A stretch of 64,000 nucleotides of DNA from an uncultured Planctomycetaceae bacterium. GTDB lineage: Bacteria; Planctomycetota; Planctomycetia; Isosphaerales; Isosphaeraceae. The notes below the pieces were generated by a model. That model did no database searches and had not been told where the DNA came from. It was given only the letters and a program-made list of their open reading frames with translations. The translations under genes were made by a program, and so were the position numbers. Below, piece after piece: positions 11,408-18,855 of the stretch (within the stretch, counting starts at the first letter, position 1; each line of letters begins with the position of its first letter). The DNA lies in the NCBI GenBank assembly GCA_963833985.1, contig CAWIAD010000001.1:512001-576000 (forward strand). The letters are read 5' to 3'.

Positions 11408-12419
11408 AGGTATGTCCAGCGCAGTGTCCACTGGTGCCCGGTCGCTGCGCTTGACGCATCCTACAAATGCTCACACTTGTCGTCACCAGCTGTGTCGGGT
11501 GTGTCGAGCGCAGCGACGACGCACCGATTCGCGGACCGGGCTTCCTCACTGGTCGGGCTCACGCCCGAGGTTGGGGGCTGCGCCCGTGAAAACCACGTGC
11601 TCACGCACGTGGCCATAGGCCATGCGCGCCGAACGCCAGGTCGGGCGGAGCAGCGACGGGGGGATGAGCGTGACGAGGCGCGATGCAGGTCGGGCTCACG
11701 CCCGAGGTTGGGGGCTGCGCCCGTGAAAACCACGTGCTCACGCACGTGGCCATACGCCGCAGAGTCCATGGCGCTGGCGCACGTGGCCATACGGGCCAGG
11801 CGGCGGGACGTGCGGACCGGGGGCCCGGCGATCGGTCTGATGCGGCTGGGTGCACGTCGGGCTCACGCCCGAGGGTGGAGGCTGCGCCCGTCCGAACCAC
11901 GGCCTGACGACCGTGGTCACCGGTGCCAGACGACGCTGCTGTCTGGAACGGATTCACCCCAGCCGGGAGGTGCCGTGACCACGCCCGTGGAATTGCCGTG
12001 ACCACGCTCGTGAGGGCGTGGTTCGGACGGGCGCAGCCCCCAACCTCGCCCGTGAGGGCGACCCGGTTCAAGGGCTGGTCGGGCTCACGCCCGAGGTTGG
12101 AGGCTGCGCCCGTGAAAACCACGTGCTCACGCACGTGGCCATGCGCCGCAGACTCCATGGCGCTGGCGCACGTGGCCATGCGCCCGGGCTCCAGGTGCGT
12201 ACGGTGCGTCCAGCGCAGCGACGACGCACCAGTCTGCGGACCGGGCCTCCTCACTGGTCGGGCTCACGCCCGAGGTTGGAGGCTCCGCCCGTGAAAACCA
12301 CGTGCTCACGCACGTGGCCATACCTCGCGGACACCACGTGGAAGCGAGCGCCGCGATGTTCACAAGGCCCCGGACGGAAGCTGTTGCGCAGGGTGCGTCC
12401 AGCGCAGCGACGACGCACC
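11408..12419. repeat. Dispersed GTAG-type REP variants (GGTGCGTCCAGCGCAGCGACGACGCACC)
   Basis: Copies at 11494-11525, 12199-12230 and 12388-12419; inverted copy ending CCTAC at 11464. Confidence 0.8.
11551..12322. repeat. Array of six ~67-bp double-hairpin repeats
   Basis: GGTCGGGCTCACGCCCGAGGTTGG(G/A)GGCTGCGCCCGTGAAAACCACGTGCTCACGCACGTGGCCAT at 11551, 11688, 12077 and 12256; variant at about 11856; inverted variant at about 11997-12063. Confidence 0.9.
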
Positions 12420-12757
12420 GATTCGCGGCCTGGGCTCAGGCGGAAACGGTCGCGACGATGTCCGCAACGCCCCGGACGGAGCGACTCCAGGACGTGCGAT
12501 TGCAGGCCAGGTGCACGCACCGGCACGCAAGCTTCGCGTGCCGAAAGGGCACACCTGCCCGACGGCCGGGGAAAAAAACAAAAATCCGAGTTTTCGCGAT
12601 TCTGGGGCAGTTTTGGACGGATCCTCATAGATAGACGGCAGATCGCGGCGCACCGGCCGCTGGCTCGCCGAAGGGGGCCGCTCCTCGGTGTACCGCCGGC
12701 CAGGGCCGCGCTGCGTACCGTACAGAGGTCATGCACCCCAAGTAAAGAGAGCACACC

Positions 12758-14641
12758 GTGGCCACCGCAGCCCAGATCACAGCCAATCGCCGCAACGCCG
12801 CAAAAAGCACGGGGCCGAAGAGCGACCAGGGCAAGGCCCGCGCCCGGCTCAACGCGCTGAGGCATGGCGCCAACGCCCGCATCGCCATCCCCGTCCTGCC
12901 CCAGGAAGATCCCAAGGAGCTCGCCGAGCGGATCTTGCAGTGGACGTTCGAACTCGTGCCGCGCAACGACGTCGAACGCACCCTGGTCGGCCATGCGGCG
13001 CGCATCGACTGGCAGATCGACCGCGCCGAGCGGGCCGAGACGGCTTACCTCGCGGCTCGCGTCCACCGCCAGCGCGACCGCGACGAGGCCACGCGGCTGA
13101 AGCAGGCCCACATTCTGGGCCGCAAGCTGCTGGACACACTCGACCCGCGCGAGCGGTTCGGCAAGGCCGAGTACTACGACGACATGCCGGCCGTGTTCCT
13201 GGCCCGGCTCGAGCAGCTCCCCGAGGGCTGCCGCTGGCTGCTGGCGCGGTGGTCCGAGTTCCGCAACCTCATCGACGTGCGGGCCGCCTGGTGCGAAACC
13301 GACCACTACCGGTTCCTGCGGCTCATGGGCAAGAGCTTCCTGGAAGGCATGATCGACCCGGCCGCCAACCGCGTGTTCCAGGCCGTCGATGCGATCAAGC
13401 CGGATCAGGGCCGCGAGCTCTGGGAGCTGTTCCGCAACATGAAGGCCAGCTCCGGCCCTTATTTCAGCGGCGCGATGCCGTGGCGGCGCCTGTCTCGCCC
13501 GCCGGCGAACGCGAAAGAGGGCTGGGAGGTCCTCAGCTCGATCGTGGACGAGGCGATCCACCGGCTGGAAGCGCGGCTCGCCGAGCACGAGGACCTGGAG
13601 CAGATCGAAGCCGACGCCGAGCCCGACCGCGCGGTCTTCGCCGCCAGCAAGGCCGTCGCGGTCCTGCGCCGGCACCAGGGCGCGCTGACCCGCGAGCTGC
13701 TGCGTACGCTGACCACGCTGTCGAAGCTGCAAAAAGCCGAGCTGGGCGCCGACAACAACAACGAGGCCGACCGCCTCCCGATGCCGGTTGTCCATGAGCC
13801 GCAGATCGGCCCCGCGCCCGAGCCGGACGCACGTCAACCACACGATGAATCGCGCAATGGCCGGAATGAAGGGGATGGTCCCGGGATGGCGTCGAGAGGG
13901 GGCATCTCGCCGCACGCAAAGGTCTGCAAGACGGTGGGTTGCGCTGCGCTGACCCACCCTACGGGTGGTTCACCACGAGTTTCTCGGAGTGTCTTGAACG
14001 AAGCCAATGTTTTGGCGATGCAAGTTGAGAGTGGCAAGGAGGATACAGCCGTAGCGGAGCGCGACCGGCGGCCAGAAGGAAGTCAATCGGGCACGCGCCT
14101 CGGGCAGGATGCGAATGGAGGGGAACAGCCGGGAATGGCTACAGATCGCCCGGGAATGGGAAGTAAGGAGACGATGACAAGCATGAAGAGGGGTATCTCA
14201 CCGCACGCAAAGGTTTGCAAGCCGGTGGGTTGCGCTGCGCTGACCCACCCTACGAGTGGTGCTCCGCGCGTTTCTCAGAGTATCCTGAACGAAGCCAATG
14301 ATCTGGCGACGCAAGTTGATAGTGGTAAAGAGGATATAGCCGTTGCGGAGCGAAAAGGGACGTCAGAACGGAGCCAATCGAGCACGCGCCTCGGGCAGGA
14401 GGCGAATGGAGGGGAACAGCCGGGAATGGCTACAGATCGCCCGGGAATGGGAAGTAAGGAGACGATGACAAGCATGAAGAGGGGCATCTCACCGCACGCA
14501 AAGGTCTGCCAGCCGGTGGGTTGCACTGCGCTGACCCAGCCTACGGGTGGTGCCCCAGGAGTTTCTCGGCGTGGCTTGAACGAAGCCAATGATCTCGCGA
14601 TGCAAGTCAATGGTGCAAAACAAGATAAACAACCATCTTAA
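12758..14641 (+). CDS. Uncharacterised protein, N-terminal 'ANRRNA.KSTGP....GK.....NALRHG' family, with repeat-derived C-terminus
   Basis: 627-aa ORF, GTG start; first ~330 codons show strong GC3 bias and helical composition; last ~250 aa are 97-aa tandem repeats. Confidence 0.8.
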   Translation: MATAAQITANRRNAAKSTGPKSDQGKARARLNALRHGANARIAIPVLPQEDPKELAERILQWTFELVPRNDVERTLVGHAARIDWQIDRAERAETAYLAARVHRQRDRDEATRLKQAHILGRKLLDTLDPRERFGKAEYYDDMPAVFLARLEQLPEGCRWLLARWSEFRNLIDVRAAWCETDHYRFLRLMGKSFLEGMIDPAANRVFQAVDAIKPDQGRELWELFRNMKASSGPYFSGAMPWRRLSRPPANAKEGWEVLSSIVDEAIHRLEARLAEHEDLEQIEADAEPDRAVFAASKAVAVLRRHQGALTRELLRTLTTLSKLQKAELGADNNNEADRLPMPVVHEPQIGPAPEPDARQPHDESRNGRNEGDGPGMASRGGISPHAKVCKTVGCAALTHPTGGSPRVSRSVLNEANVLAMQVESGKEDTAVAERDRRPEGSQSGTRLGQDANGGEQPGMATDRPGMGSKETMTSMKRGISPHAKVCKPVGCAALTHPTSGAPRVSQSILNEANDLATQVDSGKEDIAVAERKGTSERSQSSTRLGQEANGGEQPGMATDRPGMGSKETMTSMKRGISPHAKVCQPVGCTALTQPTGGAPGVSRRGLNEANDLAMQVNGAKQDKQPS

Positions 14642-14680
14642 CCATCTTCCCAAGATGAGAGGCTTGAACGAAGCCAATGA
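13895..14680 (+). repeat. 291-bp tandem repeat (2.5 copies), each unit with a REP and AACGAAGCCAAT boxes
   Basis: REP at 13933, 14224 and 14515 (period 291); boxes at 13997, 14288, 14579 and 14667; degenerate boxes at 14076 and 14367. Confidence 0.9.
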
Positions 14681-14997
14681 TGACCGGGCCGATGTCAAGC
14701 GAGGCGGTGCGGTTTTTGTGTCGCGGGCTCCCGCACATTTCCTTCGAGGTCGGCTTCGGTCGATCTGGGTGGTCTCGACCGGTCAGCCACTTTACGGCCG
14801 GCGGCTCCAGGGCCTCCAGGCGGCCGGTGCGTGGCTCCGACCGTCTCGCAAGCGTTAGCGGGTCGGCCGGTGGATCGGTGGAGATGCTTGCGATTGCGGG
14901 AGTGAGGACTTAAGTTGAGGATCGGCGACGGTGGCACGGCAACGGCCGAAGCAAGATGCGGTGGTCATCCCCCTATGAGATAGGTCCGGCGCGGCAG

Positions 14998-16302
14998 ATG
15001 AACGAGGTGACGATCGGGCTGATTGGACTGGGGACGGTGGGCACGGGCGTCGCCCGGCTCTTGACCGAGCACGCCGGGAGGATCGCCCGCCGGGCAGGCC
15101 AGCCCCTGAGCTTGAAGTGGGCGGTGGTGCGCGACCTGTCAAAACCGCGCGGCGTGCCGCTGGACCAGGTGCGCGTGACGACGGACATTCGGAAGGTGAT
15201 CGACGATCCGGATGTCGCCATCGTGGTCGAGACGATGGGCGGAATCGACGCGGCCCTGCGAATGGTCCTGGACTGCCTTGCGGCCGGCAAGCATGTCGTC
15301 ACGGCCAACAAGGCGCTGCTGGCCGAGCACGGCCCGCAGATCTTCGCCCAGGCGCGGGCGGCAGGCCGCGCTGTCGCGTTCGAGGCGAGCGTGGGCGGGG
15401 GGATCCCCATTGTCCAGGCGCTGGGCGTATCGCTTGCGGCCAACCAGGTGCAGAACCTGGCGGCGATCCTCAACGGCACGTGCAACTACATACTCACGAA
15501 GATGATGCACGAGGGGCTCGCCTACGGCGATGCCCTGAACCAGGCCCAGCAACTGGGCTACGCCGAGGCCGATCCGACGCTCGACGTCGACGGCACGGAC
15601 ACCGCACACAAGCTGGCGATCCTCGCTCAACTAGCCTTCGGCGTCACGGTGAACACGAGCGACATTCCGCGGCAGGGAATTGACCGGCTGCACCTCGCGG
15701 ACATCACGTACGCAGCCGAGCTGGGTTACACGGTGAAGCTGCTTGCCCTGGCCAAGCTCACTGCCGCCGGCCTGGAGCTGCGCGTGGCACCCACGCTGGT
15801 GAGGCGAGGCACGCCGCTGGCCGAGGTGCGCGGGCCGTACAACGCCATCAGGGTGGTTGGCGACGCCGTCGGCGACACCTTCTTCTACGGCCGAGGCGCC
15901 GGCATGATGCCCACCGCTTCAGCCGTCGTGGGCGACCTGATCGACGTTGTCACCGGCCGGGCCCTGCTCACTTCCCGGGTGCTCGACCTCTGGCCCGAGC
16001 AAGGTCAGTCCGTGCCGCGCACCTCGTCCCGCCAGATCAAGAGCCGCTATTACCTTCGGTTCACCATCGCCGATTCGCCCGGCGTGCTGGCGGCCCTGGC
16101 GCGGATCCTGGGCGAACATGGCATCAGCATCGCCAGCGTGATCCAGCACGAACCCGCCGGCGACGCGGCCGGCGCCAGGGCCGTGCCGCTGGTGATGATG
16201 ACGCACCTGGCCGCCGAGGCCGAGCTGCACGAAGCACTGGCCAGGATCGATCGTCTGGAGGTCGTCACGCCGCCAAGCGTCTGCCTGGGCGTGGAGGATT
16301 GA
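14998..16302 (+). CDS. hom: Homoserine dehydrogenase with ACT domain
   Basis: GLGTVG, VVTANKA, FEASVGGGIP, ILNGTCNYIL, GYAEADP, YGRGAG..PTASAV. Confidence 0.96.
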   Translation: MNEVTIGLIGLGTVGTGVARLLTEHAGRIARRAGQPLSLKWAVVRDLSKPRGVPLDQVRVTTDIRKVIDDPDVAIVVETMGGIDAALRMVLDCLAAGKHVVTANKALLAEHGPQIFAQARAAGRAVAFEASVGGGIPIVQALGVSLAANQVQNLAAILNGTCNYILTKMMHEGLAYGDALNQAQQLGYAEADPTLDVDGTDTAHKLAILAQLAFGVTVNTSDIPRQGIDRLHLADITYAAELGYTVKLLALAKLTAAGLELRVAPTLVRRGTPLAEVRGPYNAIRVVGDAVGDTFFYGRGAGMMPTASAVVGDLIDVVTGRALLTSRVLDLWPEQGQSVPRTSSRQIKSRYYLRFTIADSPGVLAALARILGEHGISIASVIQHEPAGDAAGARAVPLVMMTHLAAEAELHEALARIDRLEVVTPPSVCLGVED

Positions 16303-16338
16303 GACAAGCCCCCGGGATATCCGGAGTGAGAGTGCACG

Positions 16339-17568
16339 ATGTCTGCCAAGTATGTGATCGTGATTCCCGACGGGGCCGCCGACGAGCCACATGCCAGCCT
16401 GGGCGGCAGGACGGCGCTCCAGGCGGCTACGATTCCGGCGATGGATCGGCTGGCAAGGGAGGGAATCGTCGGCCGGTCGCGGAACGTCCCCGACCTGTTC
16501 CTGCCGGCGAGCGACGTCGCGACGCTGAGCCTGTTCGGATATGACCCGCAATGCTATTACACGGGCCGCGCTCCGCTTGAAGCCGCAGCCATGAACGTGA
16601 TGCTCGGGCCGGACGACTGGGCCGTGCGGTGCAACCTGATGACGATCGCCGATGGCCGGCTTGCCGACTTCACGGCGGGACACATCAGCAGCGAGGAGGG
16701 CCGGGAATTGATGGCGGCGCTCCAGGCCGCGCTGGGGCGTCCCGGCGAGGTGGAGTTCCTGCCCGGCGTGAGCTATCGCAACCTGATGATCGTGCGCGGC
16801 CGCCCCGGCGTGCCGCGTTTTTCCGGGGCGACCATCACCGATCCGCCGCACGACCACCCCGGCCAGCTTGCCGCCGAGCACCTGCCGCGCGGGCCGGGGG
16901 CCGAATTCCTCAAGATGCTGATGACCGCGGCGACACCGGTTCTGGCCGCGCATCCCGTGAACCGCAAGCGGATCGCGGCCGGACAAGCAGCGGCCAGCGC
17001 CATCTGGCTCTGGGGCCAGGGGAAGGCCCCCCGCATGCCGCGGTTCGCGGAGGTTCGCGGCCTGCGCGGGGCGATCATCTCGGCGGTGGACCTGGTGCGC
17101 GGAGTGGCCCACCTGGCTGGCTGGACACGCATCGACGTCCCCGGCGCCACGGGCTATCTCGATACGGATTACGCGGCCAAGGGCCGTTATGCGGTTCAGG
17201 CGCTGAAGGACTTCGACATCGTCTGCGTGCACGTGGAGGCGCCCGACGAGGCCAGCCACGAGGGCCGCGGTGACGCCAAGGTGGAGGCCATCGAACGGAT
17301 CGACCAGGCGATCGTCGCCCCGCTCTTCGAGGCGCTTTCGCACCACGAGGCCTGGCGCATCCTGGTCTCGCCGGACCATTCCACCCTGCTGCGCACCCGT
17401 GCCCACGACCGCGCCCCCGTCGCCTGGACGATGGCCGGCACCGGCCTTTCCGCTTCGGGCCTGACCTATGACGAGTTCTCGGCCCGCAATGGCGGCGGGC
17501 CATTCCTGGACCAGGGCTACCGCTTGATGGACCGGTTTCTGGACACAACCTGGCGTGGACACGAATGA
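16339..17568 (+). CDS. apgM: Cofactor-independent phosphoglycerate mutase (ApgM family) or proposed homoserine kinase
   Basis: PDGAAD, SDVA.LS.FGYDP, TGRAPLEA, HVEAPDEASHEG, PDHST. Confidence 0.85.
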   Translation: MSAKYVIVIPDGAADEPHASLGGRTALQAATIPAMDRLAREGIVGRSRNVPDLFLPASDVATLSLFGYDPQCYYTGRAPLEAAAMNVMLGPDDWAVRCNLMTIADGRLADFTAGHISSEEGRELMAALQAALGRPGEVEFLPGVSYRNLMIVRGRPGVPRFSGATITDPPHDHPGQLAAEHLPRGPGAEFLKMLMTAATPVLAAHPVNRKRIAAGQAAASAIWLWGQGKAPRMPRFAEVRGLRGAIISAVDLVRGVAHLAGWTRIDVPGATGYLDTDYAAKGRYAVQALKDFDIVCVHVEAPDEASHEGRGDAKVEAIERIDQAIVAPLFEALSHHEAWRILVSPDHSTLLRTRAHDRAPVAWTMAGTGLSASGLTYDEFSARNGGGPFLDQGYRLMDRFLDTTWRGHE

Positions 17569-17594
17569 TCGGAGTAAACGAATGATGGAAAGAC

Positions 17595-17967
17595 GGTGGT
17601 TGCGCTGCGCTGGCCCAGCCCACGCATTGGAGATTGCATACCGCATGTGAATATGTATCTGGTGGGTTGCGCTGCGCTGACCCACCCTACGAGTTGGAGA
17701 TTGCACATTTCATGTGAACATGTAGGGTGGGTCAGCGCAGCGCAACCCACCGGTATTTTCACGAATTGGAGATTGCACATTTCATGTGAACATGTAGGGT
17801 GGATCAGCGCAGCGCAACCCACCGGCATTTTCACGAATTGGAGATTGCACATTTCATGTGAACATGTAGGGTGGATCAGCGCAGCGCAACCCACCGGCAT
17901 TTTCACGAATTGGAGATTGCACATTTCATGTGAACATGTAGGGTGGGTCAGCGCAGCGCAACCCACC
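17595..17967. repeat. GTAG-family REP array upstream of RAYT
   Basis: GTAGGGTGG(G/A)TCAGCGCAGCGCAACCCACC: minus copies at 17595-17623 (degenerate) and 17661-17690; plus copies at 17722, 17794, 17866 and 17938 (72-bp period). Confidence 0.95.
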
Positions 17968-18015
17968 GGTATTTCCAAATGGGTGATCCGATATCGATTC
18001 TCGAGGACTTCGCCA

Positions 18016-18564
18016 ATGTCCGAATACCGACGCTGGTATATTCCGGGAGGGACCTCCTTTTTCACCGTGGTCACGGAGCACCGCATCGAGCTATTTCAGG
18101 ATGTGGCGACAGTCAAATTGCTGGGACGCGTGATGCGCAAGGTCAGGTCCAGGTATCCCTTTCGGACTGTCGCGATGGTTGTCCTCCCCGACCATCTCCA
18201 CTGCGTCTGGACTCTCCCGCGGGGAGACGAGGACTTCTCCAGCAGATGGCGATGGATCAAGGGAGCTTTTACGGAGGAGTGGCTGGCGTCCGGTGCCACC
18301 GCACCTCCAAGGACTGCGTCTCGCCAAGACAAGGGCGAGCACGCCATCTGGCAACGTCGGTTCTGGGAACATCAGATCCGGGACGAGCAAGATCTTGAGA
18401 AGCACGTCGACTACATCCATTACAATCCGGTGAAGCACGGTCACGCGACGCGGCCAGCGGACTGGCCGTGGTCGTCTTTCCGGCGTCATGTCCGGCTGGG
18501 TCATTATCCATCAGATTGGGGCAATTCGTCGCCAGATGAGCCGTTTCCCAGCCCGGCGGAGTAG
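18016..18564 (+). CDS. rayT: REP-associated tyrosine transposase (RAYT/TnpA-REP, HUH Y1)
   Basis: YRR....GG..FFTVVT, LPDHLH (HUH), WQRRFWEH.IRD, DYIHYNPVKHG, WPWSSF; flanked by inverted REPs. Confidence 0.93.
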   Translation: MSEYRRWYIPGGTSFFTVVTEHRIELFQDVATVKLLGRVMRKVRSRYPFRTVAMVVLPDHLHCVWTLPRGDEDFSSRWRWIKGAFTEEWLASGATAPPRTASRQDKGEHAIWQRRFWEHQIRDEQDLEKHVDYIHYNPVKHGHATRPADWPWSSFRRHVRLGHYPSDWGNSSPDEPFPSPAE

Positions 18565-18579
18565 AGACGATGAAATTCT

Positions 18580-18855
18580 GGTGGGTTGCGCTGCGCTGAC
18601 CCACCCTACGAATAGGAGATTGAACACCACATGTGAACAGATAACTGGTGGGTTGCGCTGCGCTGACCCACCCTACGGGTTGGAAATTGCACATTTCATG
18701 TGAACATGTAGGGTGGAGCAGCGCAGCGCAACCCACCGGTATTTTCACGAATTGGAGATTGCACATTTCATGAGAACATGTAGGGTGGGTCAGCGCAGCG
18801 CAACCCACCGGTATTTTCACGAATTGGAGATTGCACATGTCATGAGAACATGTAG
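18580..18855. repeat. GTAG-family REP array downstream of RAYT (interrupted by IS)
   Basis: Minus copies at 18580-18609 and 18647-18676; plus copies at 18708 and 18780; third plus copy cut after GTAG at 18855. Confidence 0.95.

Noticed and set aside
11551..12322. CRISPR interpretation of the 67-bp repeats
   Set aside because: Repeats too long, spacer lengths irregular and partly duplicated, one copy inverted, no cas genes.
17722..17967. CRISPR array (30-nt repeats, 42-nt spacers)
   Set aside because: Spacers are near-identical, repeats occur in both orientations, the adjacent gene is a RAYT, and no cas genes are present.
17517..18838. Repeat-peptide ORFs (VGCAALTHPTCSHEMC...) and the 140-aa N-terminal extension of RAYT
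   Set aside because: Translations of the REP arrays; the RAYT family start is ATG 18016.
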